A DNA stretch of 64,000 nucleotides from positions 13,276 through 77,275 of the forward strand of contig CAMDAF010000009.1 in assembly GCA_945888525.1 (NCBI GenBank), in the 5' to 3' direction. Shown here in pieces: positions 48,432-58,826 of the stretch; the stretch's first letter is position 1, and every line of letters starts with the position of its first letter. Under the pieces are notes generated by a model. It made no database searches and had not been told where the DNA came from. It saw nothing but the letters and a program-made list of their open reading frames with translations. The position numbers and the translations under genes are program-made. The stretch is from Chitinophaga pinensis. Lineage in GTDB: Bacteria; Bacteroidota; Bacteroidia; NS11-12g; UBA955.

Positions 48432-50933
48432 ATGATAAAAAGCTTTTTAACCATATTTACCGCTTTGTTTTTTTGCGCTAAGGCAACTGCTCAAGTGCCT
48501 TCTTCAGAAATTCTGCAATCGCTACAAGAACTCAATACCCTTGGAAGTGTCTTGTATGTTGCGGCGCATCCCGACGATGAAAATACACGTTTGCTGGCTT
48601 ATTTGGCCAAAGAACGCCACATGCGCACCGCTTATCTTTCGATTACCCGTGGCGATGGAGGGCAAAATTTAATTGGCAGCGAGCAAGGTGAAATTTTGGG
48701 ACTTATTCGCACCGAAGAACTCTTAGCTGCCCGTCGTGTTGATGGCGCTGAACAATGGTTTACCCGCGCCAACGATTTTGGTTACTCTAAAAACCCTGAG
48801 GAAACCTTTCGTTTTTGGAACAAAGACAGTGTCTTGGCTGATGTGGTTTATGCCATTCGAAAATTCAGACCCGATGTCATCATTTGCCGTTTCCCAACAA
48901 CGGGTGAAGGTGGGCATGGACACCATACTGCTTCGGCAATTTTGGCCCTCGAAGCTTTTTCTCTGGCGGCCGATCCAAGCAAGTTCCCTGAACAACTCAA
49001 ATATGTTCAAGTATGGCAAGCCAAAAGGGTGTTTTGGAATACCTTTAATTTTGGAGGCACCAATACCACAGCGCCTAATCAGTTAAAAATTGATGTCGGT
49101 GTATACAATGCCTTATTGGGTAAAAGCTATGGCGAAATTGCAGCCCGTAGCCGCAGCATGCACAAAAGCCAAGGCTTTGGCTCTGCCATGCAAAGGGGTT
49201 CCCAATTGGAATATTTCAAATTGTTAAAAGGAGACAGCGTGCAAAACGATTTGTTTGATGGCATCATTACGAGCTGGAACCGCTTGCCCAATGTGTCAAA
49301 AATTGGCAAGCAATTACAAGCCTGTATAAACACCTTCGATGCCATGTATCCGGAAAATAGTTTAAAGGCCTTGGCGAAATTGTACAATGAAATTTCTGCT
49401 CTACCCGAAAACGATGAAAACACAGCTTGGTGGAAAAAACAAAAATTGAAAGCACTGCAAAATATCATGCTACAAGCTGCAGGTGTTTTTGCAGAAACAG
49501 TGAGCAAGGACTTCGCGCTTATTCCAGGTCGCAACATCGATTTGAGTACCCAAATACTCATGCGCAATAAAACCAATGTGGTTTTAGAATCAATTAATTT
49601 GCTCAATATGGCAGATACCTCAGCCGCCATGGCTTTGAAGCAAAATCAAAATTTTTATTTCAAACGTTCGTTTATACTACCCTCAACTTATACCTATTCA
49701 AACCCTTATTGGTTAGATGTTCCCCACAGCAATGGTTTGTACTCTGTAGCCAATCAGTCTGATAGAGGAAAACCCCAAAACGATGGTCTGCCAGTTTACA
49801 TCACTTGGATCATTGAAGGGATTAAGTTTACCCAAACTACAGACATCAAATACAAGTCGACCGACCCCGTAAAGGGCGAGGTGTACCGTCCGGTAGAGGT
49901 ATTGCCTTTGGTAACAGTTACCCCTGTTGAAAATATTTTAATGGTGAATAATCAAGACCCAAAACATGTGTTTTTTATGGTAAAAGCCAATGCCGACAAT
50001 GTAAAAGGCAAACTCGAATTGTCTGTTGAAGGCAATGCCATTTCAGGTTGGCAATGGGCCTATTCTTGGGTGAATTCAGGAGATTTTAATTTGGCAAAAA
50101 AAGGTGATGAGCAAATCATGGAAGCGGTTTTGAACCCGCCTGCAACTTCCGATAGCCATCGGGATGTTAAAGCAACTGCCATTGCTGACAATGCACGTTT
50201 TTCTCAAGGTATAAAGCGCATCAGTTACGACCATATCCCTTACCGTTTTGTCTTAAATGATGCCAAAATAAAGGTTCAGACAGTCGATGTGAAATTGGTT
50301 GGTAAAAACATTGGCTATATTCCGGGGGCTGGCGACAATGTTGCAGCCTGCTTGAAACAGTTGGGTTATCAAGTAACTGAATTGAGCAACGAGCAATTAA
50401 AGAATTCCAATCTTTCGGTGTATGATGCCATTATCACTGGCGTTAGGGCATACAACACCAACGAGCAATTGCCTTTGGCGCAAAAGCAGTTGATGGACTA
50501 TGTTAAAAATGGTGGCCGTTTATTGGTACAATACAACACCAACTCGCGTGTTGGACCTTTGCAAGCAGGCATTGGGCCGTATAAATTTACCATCTCGCGC
50601 AACCGTGTTACAGATGAACAAGCTGAAGTTTTGTTTGTCAACGACACTGCCAAGGTTTTGAATTACCCCAACCATATTGTGCAGGCTGATTTTAAACATT
50701 GGGTGCAAGAACGTGGAATTTATTTTGCCACCGACTTGGATTCTAATTACCAAACCGTATTTAAAATGAAAGACCCGAATGAAGAGTTGCAAAATGGAAG
50801 TCTCATAATGGCAAACTATGGCAAGGGTTACTTTGTGTACACTGGTTTGGCGTTTTTTAGACAATTGCCAGCGGGTGTGCCTGGGGCGTATAAACTTTTT
50901 GTCAACCTTATTTCACAGCCTTTAAAACCATAA
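48432..50933 (+). CDS. Exported PIG-L/LmbE family deacetylase, long multidomain form
   Basis: Signal peptide ATA/Q; AAHPDDE, TRGDGGQN, RTEEL, DFGYSK and GHGHH motifs; C-terminal GATase-like IGYI.GAGD...GVRAYN...GG.LLVQY; TATTTTTG promoter at 48385-48392. Confidence 0.9.
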   Translation: MIKSFLTIFTALFFCAKATAQVPSSEILQSLQELNTLGSVLYVAAHPDDENTRLLAYLAKERHMRTAYLSITRGDGGQNLIGSEQGEILGLIRTEELLAARRVDGAEQWFTRANDFGYSKNPEETFRFWNKDSVLADVVYAIRKFRPDVIICRFPTTGEGGHGHHTASAILALEAFSLAADPSKFPEQLKYVQVWQAKRVFWNTFNFGGTNTTAPNQLKIDVGVYNALLGKSYGEIAARSRSMHKSQGFGSAMQRGSQLEYFKLLKGDSVQNDLFDGIITSWNRLPNVSKIGKQLQACINTFDAMYPENSLKALAKLYNEISALPENDENTAWWKKQKLKALQNIMLQAAGVFAETVSKDFALIPGRNIDLSTQILMRNKTNVVLESINLLNMADTSAAMALKQNQNFYFKRSFILPSTYTYSNPYWLDVPHSNGLYSVANQSDRGKPQNDGLPVYITWIIEGIKFTQTTDIKYKSTDPVKGEVYRPVEVLPLVTVTPVENILMVNNQDPKHVFFMVKANADNVKGKLELSVEGNAISGWQWAYSWVNSGDFNLAKKGDEQIMEAVLNPPATSDSHRDVKATAIADNARFSQGIKRISYDHIPYRFVLNDAKIKVQTVDVKLVGKNIGYIPGAGDNVAACLKQLGYQVTELSNEQLKNSNLSVYDAIITGVRAYNTNEQLPLAQKQLMDYVKNGGRLLVQYNTNSRVGPLQAGIGPYKFTISRNRVTDEQAEVLFVNDTAKVLNYPNHIVQADFKHWVQERGIYFATDLDSNYQTVFKMKDPNEELQNGSLIMANYGKGYFVYTGLAFFRQLPAGVPGAYKLFVNLISQPLKP

Positions 50934-50936
50934 GCC

Positions 50937-51056
50937 ATGCACAAAGACGAATCGCCAGAGAGCTTGCGCACTTGGAATAAAATCTACCTAGGTTTGATTC
51001 TCTCGCTTATAGTTTTTATTACCTTGTTGTACTTTTTTACCCAACATTTCAAATGA
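50937..51056 (+). CDS. 39-aa single-TM membrane peptide (below the ORF track cut-off)
   Basis: MHKDESPESLRTWNKIYLGLILSLIVFITLLYFFTQHFK*; starts 3 nt after the PIG-L stop and overlaps the symporter start (ATGA). Confidence 0.75.
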   Translation: MHKDESPESLRTWNKIYLGLILSLIVFITLLYFFTQHFK

Positions 51057-52750
51057 ATTGGATCGATTGGTTGGTCTTGGTATTTACCCTAGTTGGGATT
51101 ATAGGATTTGGCGTTTGGAAAAGCCGCCACACTAAAAACATTGAGGGGTATTTGTTGGCAGACCGTCAGATGCCTTGGTACCATATCGGTTTGTCTGTAA
51201 TGGCAACCCAGGCCTCGGCTATTACGTTTCTTTCGGGGCCTGGACAAGGGTTTACAGACGGTATGCGTTTTATACAAATGTACTTTGGCTTGCCTTTGGT
51301 TACCGTTGTTTTATGTGTCACCTTTGTGCCCAAGTTTCAAAAACTGAATGTCTACACGGCATACGAGTATTTAGAAAAACGCTTCGACAATAAAACCCGA
51401 ACCTTTACCGCCTTGTTGTTTCTTATCCAAAGGGGGATTTCAACGGGTATAACCATATACGCACCAGCCATTATCTTGTCAACCATCTTGGGTATAGACA
51501 TCAAGTTTACTGTTTTTTTTATGGGTGTATTGGTAATTGCTTATACCGTTTATGGCGGTAGTAAGGCAATTTCATTCACCCAAGTTTTGCAAATGGGCAT
51601 TATCTTTTCAGGATTGTTTATTGCCGCCTATATGGTGGTGCATCTAATGCCCGAGGATGTCAGCTTTGTTGATGCCATGCATGTGGCAGGTAAAATGGAC
51701 AAACTAAATGCAGTAGACACGAAGTTCGATTTAAACAACAAATACAATTTGTGGTCGGGCATTATCGGCGGATTCTTTTTGCACCTTTCATATTTTGGCA
51801 CCGACCAATCGCAGGTAGGGCGTTACCTCACGGGTAGCACGGTTAACCAAAGCCGTTTGGGCTTGTTGATGAATGGCTTGGTGAAAATCCCCATGCAGTT
51901 TATCATCTTGTTAATCGGCACCATGGTGTTTGCCTTTTACCAGTTTAATCCCATGCCAATGTTCTTCAACAAGGTGGAGGTAAACCGTATTGAAAACAGC
52001 ATTTACAAGGACGAATACAAGGCCCTGAATTCAGAATTTATTGCGGCCAATGAGGCTAAAAAAATAGAAGTACATGATTTGGTGACGGCCATACATGCCA
52101 AAGATGAAGCGAAAATAGATCAGGCCAGAATACGTGTTAAAGCCGCAGAGGCTAAGAGTATGGCGATTAAGAAAAAGGCCACCGAATTGATGAGTAAAAA
52201 CAATGTCGATGCCGATGTCAACGATAGCAACTATGTGTTTTTAATCTTTGTAACCGAGAATTTGCCAGTAGGGGTGGTGGGCTTATTAATTGCCGTTATC
52301 TTTTTGGCCAGTATGGGCGCAACCGCCAGTGGCATCAATGCTTTGGCATCTACAACCGTGGTCGATTTTTACAAACGGATTTTTAATAAAACGGGCAGCG
52401 ATCAAACGTATTTGAATGCCTCACGTTGGTCTAGCTTTGTGTGGGGTGTGTTTTGCATCATCGTGGCATTGTATGCCAGTAAAATTGGAAACTTAATTGA
52501 AGCCGTGAACATACTAGGATCTTTGTTTTACGGAACCATTTTAGGCGTTTTTATTGTGGCGTTTTATATGAAAAAGGTAGGCGGCAGGGCTGTGTTTATA
52601 TCCGCCATAATTGGCGAAGCCTTTTTAATTTTCGCATGGGTAACTGAGCTAACGGCCTTTTTATGGCTAAACGTAATGGGCTGTTTGTTGGTCTTGATTT
52701 TGGCTTATTGCATAGAAAAAATCTGGCCTGAGAAGATAGCAGTGAATTAA
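51053..52750 (+). CDS. Sodium:solute symporter (SSS family)
   Basis: SVMATQASAITF, TAYEYLEKRF, YFGTDQSQV.RYL and GLLIAVIFLASM motifs; about 13 TM helices. Confidence 0.93.
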   Translation: MNWIDWLVLVFTLVGIIGFGVWKSRHTKNIEGYLLADRQMPWYHIGLSVMATQASAITFLSGPGQGFTDGMRFIQMYFGLPLVTVVLCVTFVPKFQKLNVYTAYEYLEKRFDNKTRTFTALLFLIQRGISTGITIYAPAIILSTILGIDIKFTVFFMGVLVIAYTVYGGSKAISFTQVLQMGIIFSGLFIAAYMVVHLMPEDVSFVDAMHVAGKMDKLNAVDTKFDLNNKYNLWSGIIGGFFLHLSYFGTDQSQVGRYLTGSTVNQSRLGLLMNGLVKIPMQFIILLIGTMVFAFYQFNPMPMFFNKVEVNRIENSIYKDEYKALNSEFIAANEAKKIEVHDLVTAIHAKDEAKIDQARIRVKAAEAKSMAIKKKATELMSKNNVDADVNDSNYVFLIFVTENLPVGVVGLLIAVIFLASMGATASGINALASTTVVDFYKRIFNKTGSDQTYLNASRWSSFVWGVFCIIVALYASKIGNLIEAVNILGSLFYGTILGVFIVAFYMKKVGGRAVFISAIIGEAFLIFAWVTELTAFLWLNVMGCLLVLILAYCIEKIWPEKIAVN

Positions 52751-52751
52751 T

Positions 52752-52788
52752 AAAAAAAGCCCACCCAAAAATATTGGGCGGGCTTTTT
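52752..52788. terminator. Bidirectional intrinsic terminator
   Basis: AAAAAGCCCACCCAA-N5-TTGGGCGGGCTTTTT between convergent genes. Confidence 0.8.
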
Positions 52789-52804
52789 AATGTGAAGTAG
52801 ATTT

Positions 52805-53662
52805 CTATTTTAATTTGTTGATTTCAATCAAAAGGTTTTCACCGTTTTTAATGTAAGCATCATCTTTGTCTGCTTTAGCCATTTCGATTACTTTTTCAGC
52901 AGATGCTTTTGCCGCTGCCTTGTCTTTTAATTTCAATTCAATTTTTGCTTTTAACAATACCACCCAGTATGCTTTTGGATTTTGCTCTACCGCTTTGTTT
53001 ACCCATTCCAAAGCCAATTTCATGTCTTTGTTGTTGTCGTAGTAATAAGAAGCTGCTTGGTAGTATGGTTTGTTGTCTTTGTTAATCGCTTTGTCAATTG
53101 CTGCCATAATGCTGGCGTCAATATCAGCCGTTACGTTGAATGCTGCACGGGTGTTTTCCCAGGTCAATTCAATGTTGGCACTTGTTGCAGCAATGTCAGC
53201 CACATTCATGGTAAAGGTTTCAACTTTCTCAGTCACTTTGCTCGATTTAACTGCGAAACGAATCAATTCGTTTTCCGCGCTGTAATTGGCAACATCGCCA
53301 CCCAATTTCAAGTCTTTGTACAACATAAATGTAAAGCTGTCTTTTCCAGGAATGCTGTATAAAGCGTAAGTACCTGCTTTAACTGCTTTGCCTTCTACTT
53401 TAACATCTTCACCAAAGGTGATTTTTGTTGAACCGTTTGCGCCTGTTCTCCATACTTTGCCAAATGGCACCACATCGCCATAAACCGCTCTGCCGCGGGC
53501 ACTGGGACGTGAATATTCAATGGTGATTTCTGATAATGCGAAATTTTGTTTTAAGGTTTGTAAAGGACTCGGCGCCGGTACTTTTACTGTTTGTGCCTGA
53601 GAAATGAAAGCCATGGCTAAGGCCATTAAACTTAAGCTGAATTTTTTGATGGTTTGTTTCAT
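52805..53662 (-). CDS. DUF2911 domain protein with C-terminal TPR-like helices, exported
   Basis: Signal peptide SQA/Q; PSP, YSRPSARGR..YG.VVPFGKVWRTGAN and GTYALYSIP motifs. Confidence 0.88.
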   Translation of the reverse strand: MKQTIKKFSLSLMALAMAFISQAQTVKVPAPSPLQTLKQNFALSEITIEYSRPSARGRAVYGDVVPFGKVWRTGANGSTKITFGEDVKVEGKAVKAGTYALYSIPGKDSFTFMLYKDLKLGGDVANYSAENELIRFAVKSSKVTEKVETFTMNVADIAATSANIELTWENTRAAFNVTADIDASIMAAIDKAINKDNKPYYQAASYYYDNNKDMKLALEWVNKAVEQNPKAYWVVLLKAKIELKLKDKAAAKASAEKVIEMAKADKDDAYIKNGENLLIEINKLK

Positions 53663-53703
53663 GTTGGATATGTTTTCTAACAGTTTTAGATGAATTATGT
53701 TTT

Positions 53704-56316
53704 TTAAAATAATGTTTTTTGTCCGTCTAATTCGTCAATAACGATGGTGTCTGCAGGGCTTATGCTGTTTTCTTCTTTAATTGGCTCTTCTTGCACCCAA
53801 GCGCCTACTTTGTCACTAATTAGCTTCGCCGATTTGAAAGTGTCGTAAGTGATTTTATTGCCAATGGCCTTCCAGCCTTTTACTTCAATAAAGTCTGCCA
53901 ATTTTAACATTTCGGTTTTCTTCTCGCCCTTAGCACCTAAGGTTTTAATTTCCACTTCAGGATTTTCGTGGGTTGAAGCCAAGATCAATTTGCTGCTTGG
54001 ACGTTCGTTGATGAATAAGAACTTCTTGCCAGTGGTGGTGGTTTCTACCAAGAAACGTTTGGCGTAATAATTCTTAGATGACACATCGTAGTGTATGCAA
54101 TTTATCGGCTGCTTCTCGTGGAATTTTTGAATCAAGAAGATGTCGTTGTTTTCGTAACGGTTGGTTAACTCGTTGTCGGTTAACTCATAGCTGCCGTCGT
54201 TTAGTATCAGCAATATCTTGTCTTCGCTCGTAAAGTTGCCTAGGTATTGCCCACGGTTGTCTACGTTCAATCTTCCAATATCAGAGTCGTACCAGATATC
54301 CCTGCCCTTAAAGGTCGATTTGCCTTTTTCTTTCAATTCGATTTTGCGAATTGGATGTTTGGTTAGAGTGTTTCCTTTTGACGCACGGCCTTTGATTTCC
54401 AAACTGGTAAAATCGTAGTCAAAATATTTAATCTTGGCACTGGCCATATTGCTCAGGTGAATGCCGATTTTCTCTGCTTCACTGTTGTTGTTGGCCGAGA
54501 AATACAACATTTTACTGCCAGTAGTTCCCAATGAAACATCGTAATCTTTGTCGCGGATTACCCCCAAAACATTGAAACGTTTCACATAACTCACCCCGGT
54601 TTTCCCATCGTAGTAGGCCACGTTGTATACCTTGCGCTCGTCGTTTTTACGGTACACATCAACATACAAGAGGTCTTTGCCCATGAATTGTTTTTCAGAA
54701 ACCTTACTCACCAAATAGGTGCCATCTTTTCTGAATGCTATCACATCGTCGATGTCAGAACAATCGCAGATATAGGCATCTTTTTTCAATCCGTAACCCA
54801 CAAAACCTTCGGCGTAATTGGCGTATAGTTTTTCGTTTGCCACCGCCACCACATTGGTTTCAATTTTGTCGAACAACCTAACCTCTGTTTTACGTTCGCG
54901 GCCTTTACCGTATTTCTTTATTAAGTTTTTGAAATAGTCTATGGCAAAATCGGTTAAGTTGTCGAGGTGGTGCTGAACTTGTTTGATTTGATCCACTAGG
55001 CCGCTAATGTATTCATCGGCCTTGAATGCATCGTATTTAGAAATGCGTTTGATCCTGATTTCAGGCAAGCGGGCAATGTCTTCCATGGTCACTTCACGGC
55101 GCAACAGTTTTTTAAACGGCCTGATTTTCTTGTCTATCATTTGCAAAATCTCATCCCAAGTTTCGCATTCTTCAATGCTTAGGTAGATTTTGTTTTCTAT
55201 AAAAATTTTCTCTAATGAACTGAAATGCCATTTGTTTTCCAAATGTTTCAATTCATTTTCAAGTTCTGTTTTTAATAAGTGAAGGGTATTGTCGGTAGAC
55301 AATTTTAACATGTCGTTAACCCCTAAGAACAAAGGCTTATCTTCAACAATCACGCAGGCATTTGGAGAAATACTGACTTCGCAATCGGTAAAGGCATACA
55401 AGGCATCGATGGTCATATCGGTGCTCACTCCCGGTGTTAACTGCACTTCAATTTCCACATCGCGCGCTGTGTTGTCAATAACCTTTTTAACCTTTATTTT
55501 GCCATTGTCATTTGCCTTTAAAATGCTGTCGATTAAGCTTTCAGTGGTGGTCCCAAAAGGAATTTCTTTAATTAAGACTTTCTTTCCATCGGCTGATTCT
55601 ATTTTTGCTCGGCAACGGATTTTTCCGCCTCTTCGGCCTTCATTGTAGTTTGTAAAATCGGCCATACCTCCGGTTAAAAAGTCGGGGTACAAATTGGTGC
55701 GTTTGCCTTTTAATACATCAATACTGGCTTCACACAATTCAATAAAGTTGTGCGGCATAATTTTAGTGGCCAAACCAACCGCAATGCCTTCAACCCCTTG
55801 GGCCAAAATAAGTGGAAACTTAACAGGTAAATTTACTGGTTCACGTTTTCTGCCGTCATAGCTTATTTGCCAAGTGGTGGTTTCCTCGTTAAAAGTGACC
55901 TCCAAAGCGAATTTTGACAAACGTGCTTCAATGTAACGCGATGCAGCTGCTCTGTCGCCAGTTCTTACATCACCCCAATTACCTTGAGTTTCTATCATTA
56001 AGTCTTTCTGACCGAGGTTAACAATGGCCTCGCCAATTGCCGCATCACCATGGGGGTGGTATTGCATGGCGGAACCGATAATGTTTGCAACCTTATTAAA
56101 TCGCCCATCGTCCATTTCCTTCATCACATGAAGGATACGGCGTTGAACGGGTTTTAAACCGTCGTATAGGTTTGGAACTGCACGCTCTAAAATAACGTAA
56201 CTGGCATATTCTAAAAACCAGTTTTCGTACAAGCCCGATACTGGCAATACTTCATTGCCATCACGGTGACCGTGGTGCACTATCCCGTCGTTTATTTCTT
56301 CTTCGTTTTCCATCAT
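53704..56316 (-). CDS. parC: DNA topoisomerase IV subunit A
   Basis: DGLKPVQRR, YHPHGD, AASRYIE (catalytic Tyr) and GIAVG motifs; TAATG overlap with parE. Confidence 0.92.
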   Translation of the reverse strand: MMENEEEINDGIVHHGHRDGNEVLPVSGLYENWFLEYASYVILERAVPNLYDGLKPVQRRILHVMKEMDDGRFNKVANIIGSAMQYHPHGDAAIGEAIVNLGQKDLMIETQGNWGDVRTGDRAAASRYIEARLSKFALEVTFNEETTTWQISYDGRKREPVNLPVKFPLILAQGVEGIAVGLATKIMPHNFIELCEASIDVLKGKRTNLYPDFLTGGMADFTNYNEGRRGGKIRCRAKIESADGKKVLIKEIPFGTTTESLIDSILKANDNGKIKVKKVIDNTARDVEIEVQLTPGVSTDMTIDALYAFTDCEVSISPNACVIVEDKPLFLGVNDMLKLSTDNTLHLLKTELENELKHLENKWHFSSLEKIFIENKIYLSIEECETWDEILQMIDKKIRPFKKLLRREVTMEDIARLPEIRIKRISKYDAFKADEYISGLVDQIKQVQHHLDNLTDFAIDYFKNLIKKYGKGRERKTEVRLFDKIETNVVAVANEKLYANYAEGFVGYGLKKDAYICDCSDIDDVIAFRKDGTYLVSKVSEKQFMGKDLLYVDVYRKNDERKVYNVAYYDGKTGVSYVKRFNVLGVIRDKDYDVSLGTTGSKMLYFSANNNSEAEKIGIHLSNMASAKIKYFDYDFTSLEIKGRASKGNTLTKHPIRKIELKEKGKSTFKGRDIWYDSDIGRLNVDNRGQYLGNFTSEDKILLILNDGSYELTDNELTNRYENNDIFLIQKFHEKQPINCIHYDVSSKNYYAKRFLVETTTTGKKFLFINERPSSKLILASTHENPEVEIKTLGAKGEKKTEMLKLADFIEVKGWKAIGNKITYDTFKSAKLISDKVGAWVQEEPIKEENSISPADTIVIDELDGQKTLF

Positions 56317-58208
56317 TAAACTGCTTCTTCTTCTTCAGGTTCTAACTCAACCACTTTTTCTTCGGTGGTGATGTCTTTTTCTATGTATAAATTATCGATA
56401 ATAAACTCTTGTCTTTCGGGGGTATTTTTGCCCATGTAGTATTTCAAAAGTTTTTCGATGCTGGTTTCCTTGGTTAAGATAATAGGCTCTAATCGCATTT
56501 CTTCACCAATAAAGGCTTCGAATTCGCCTGGAGATATTTCACCCAATCCTTTAAATCGGGTAATCTCTGGTTTGTTGCCCAATTTCATAATGGCCCTTTG
56601 GCGCTCTTCGTCGCTGTAACAATAAATGGTTTCTTTTTTGTTTCTCACCCTAAACAAAGGCGTTTGTAAAATGTACACGTGTCCATTTCTTACCAAGTCT
56701 GGGAAAAACTGTAAAAAGAAAGTCATCAACAACAAACGGATGTGCATACCATCTACGTCGGCATCGGTGGCAATTACCACTTTGTTGAATCTCAAATTGT
56801 CCAAGCCTTCTTCAATGTCTAAAGCGTGTTGCAGCAAGTTGAACTCTTCATTCTCATACACAACTTTCTTTTTTAGACCATAGCAGTTAAGCGGTTTACC
56901 ACGCAAACTAAACACCGCTTGGTACTCGACGTTTCTACTTTTGGTTATACTTCCACTTGCAGAGTCTCCCTCAGTGATAAATATGGTGGTGTCAAACTTT
57001 TCGTCTTTGTTGTCGCCAAAATGTGTACGGCAATCGCGCAGCTTTTTGTTGTGCAGATTTGCTTTCTTAGCCCTTTGCTGCGCCAGTTTACGCACGCCTG
57101 CCATATCTTTGCGTTCGCGCTCGTTTTGAAGAATTTTCTTTAAAATGGCATCTGCGGTGGCTGGGTTTTTGTGCAAGAAATTGTCCATTACCTTCATGAG
57201 GTTTTCACTCACAAAAGAACGCATGCCTTGTCCACCTGGAGCCATCTCGGTACTACCAAGTTTGGTTTTGGTCTGCGATTCAAACACCGGCTCTTGCACC
57301 CTAACCGCTATGGCTGCGGAAATGGAGGTTCGAACATCTGAGGCATCAAAATCTTTTTTATAAAATTCGCGAATGGTTTTTACCACCGCTTCTTTAAAAG
57401 CACTTAAGTGGGTTCCACCTTGTGTGGTGTATTGTCCGTTAACGAAAGAATAGTATTCTTCACCGTATTGGTGTCCGTGGGTTAAAGCCACTTCAAAATC
57501 GTTTTCTCTGAAGTGCATTATAGGATACAAAACCGTTTCTGTATCTACCTTGCGCTCCAAAAGATCTTTTAATCCATTCTTGGAAAAATAAGCTTGACCG
57601 TTGAATTGTAAGGTAAGACCAGAGTTCAAGAACGCATAGTTCCACATTTGTTCGATTAGGAACTCGGGTATATAACGGTAGTTTTTAAAAATTGAATTGT
57701 CTGGTTCAAACACCATCATGGTTCCATCCTTTTGAGATGTTGTGGTTTCAGGATAATCTTTTAGCAATTCACCTTTTGCAAATTCAGCTTTTTTGGTTTT
57801 GCCATCGCGGAACGATTGCACACAGAAATAAGAGGAGAGGGCGTTTACAGCCTTAGTACCCACACCATTCAAGCCAACCGATTTTTGGAAGGCGCCAGAA
57901 TCGTATTTTCCCCCGGTGTTGATCTTGCTCACGCAATCAATTACCTTACCCAATGGAATGCCACGGCCATAATCTCGAACTTCCACTTTGTTGTCAGAAA
58001 TGTTAATTTCGATTTTTTTACCATGTCCCATCATGTGCTCGTCAATACTGTTGTCGAGTATTTCTTTTACCAGTACATATATACCGTCATCTGCCGATGC
58101 GCCGTCGCCCAGCTTGCCGATATACATCCCTGGACGCATCCGAATATGCTCTTTCCAATCAAGCGACCGAATGCTGTCTTCGGAATATGTTGTGTCCTTA
58201 ATTGCCAT
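56316..58208 (-). CDS. parE: DNA topoisomerase IV subunit B
   Basis: [49 protein letters not shown] and RFKGLGE motifs. Confidence 0.93.
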   Translation of the reverse strand: MAIKDTTYSEDSIRSLDWKEHIRMRPGMYIGKLGDGASADDGIYVLVKEILDNSIDEHMMGHGKKIEINISDNKVEVRDYGRGIPLGKVIDCVSKINTGGKYDSGAFQKSVGLNGVGTKAVNALSSYFCVQSFRDGKTKKAEFAKGELLKDYPETTTSQKDGTMMVFEPDNSIFKNYRYIPEFLIEQMWNYAFLNSGLTLQFNGQAYFSKNGLKDLLERKVDTETVLYPIMHFRENDFEVALTHGHQYGEEYYSFVNGQYTTQGGTHLSAFKEAVVKTIREFYKKDFDASDVRTSISAAIAVRVQEPVFESQTKTKLGSTEMAPGGQGMRSFVSENLMKVMDNFLHKNPATADAILKKILQNERERKDMAGVRKLAQQRAKKANLHNKKLRDCRTHFGDNKDEKFDTTIFITEGDSASGSITKSRNVEYQAVFSLRGKPLNCYGLKKKVVYENEEFNLLQHALDIEEGLDNLRFNKVVIATDADVDGMHIRLLLMTFFLQFFPDLVRNGHVYILQTPLFRVRNKKETIYCYSDEERQRAIMKLGNKPEITRFKGLGEISPGEFEAFIGEEMRLEPIILTKETSIEKLLKYYMGKNTPERQEFIIDNLYIEKDITTEEKVVELEPEEEEAV

Positions 58209-58495
58209 AAAACTTTAAAGAGCGAAAATAAGTCCACATCCAATACTGTTATTTACAACCTCAAGGTTTTTATAAACAATTAAAGCAGATTTTGGTTTAA
58301 TTTTTTATCGAGGCGTCATTTATTCAAATAAATATTCAAAACAATTTTTTAGATAAATTGGCTTGTTTATGCTTGTATTTGTTGGTGTTAAGCTGCTGTA
58401 ATTGGCCCATTAGCAAACAAATATCAAAGATTGTTCAATATTTTTTTGTAAGAACAATATTTATTCTTATTTTTGCACTCCCAAAAAGAAATATA

Positions 58496-58744
58496 ATGAA
58501 AGAAGGTATACATCCATCGAACTATCGTTTTGTCATTTTCAAAGACCTAAGCAGTGATTACTCATTTTTAACACGTAGTTGTGTTGATACAAAAGAAACT
58601 GCTAAATGGGAAGACGGAACCGAATATCCTATTTATAAGTTGGAGATATCAGATAAAAGCCATCCTTTCTTCACCGGAAAACAAACCTTGGTGGATACAG
58701 CTGGTAGAATCGATAAATTCCGTCAACGTTACGTTAAAAAATAA
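58496..58744 (+). CDS. rpmE2: 50S ribosomal protein L31 type B
   Basis: MKEGIHP..YR.V.FKD...[20 protein letters not shown]; no CxxC pairs; TATTTTTG promoter at 58468-58475. Confidence 0.95.
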   Translation: MKEGIHPSNYRFVIFKDLSSDYSFLTRSCVDTKETAKWEDGTEYPIYKLEISDKSHPFFTGKQTLVDTAGRIDKFRQRYVKK

Positions 58745-58760
58745 TTTAAATAAACGCTTT

Positions 58761-58790
58761 AGAAAGTCCCGATTCGTCGGGATTTTTTTT
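58761..58790 (+). terminator. Intrinsic terminator of the L31 gene
   Basis: AAAGTCCCGA-TTCG-TCGGGATTTT followed by a T run. Confidence 0.85.
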
Positions 58791-58826
58791 ATGTCTATTT
58801 TTTTACCTTATTTTGATGACTGAAAC

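Noticed and set aside
56030-56065. ParC HPHGDAAI (Ala at the Ser80/83-equivalent position) as an acquired quinolone-resistance change
   Set aside because: Ala at this position is, to my knowledge, usual in Bacteroidota ParC; nothing indicates a recent mutation.
58358-58495. Long N-terminal extensions in the ORF track for L31, also htpG, trpS, YdcF, DnaQ fusion, nucleotidyltransferase and TPR genes
   Set aside because: Homology starts at downstream ATGs, and several extensions cross the gene's own promoter or a terminator; starts were reassigned.
58496-58744. Cys-motif-free L31 as a zinc-starvation paralogue
   Set aside because: Type B L31 is the ordinary form in Bacteroidota and no Zur-type context is visible.
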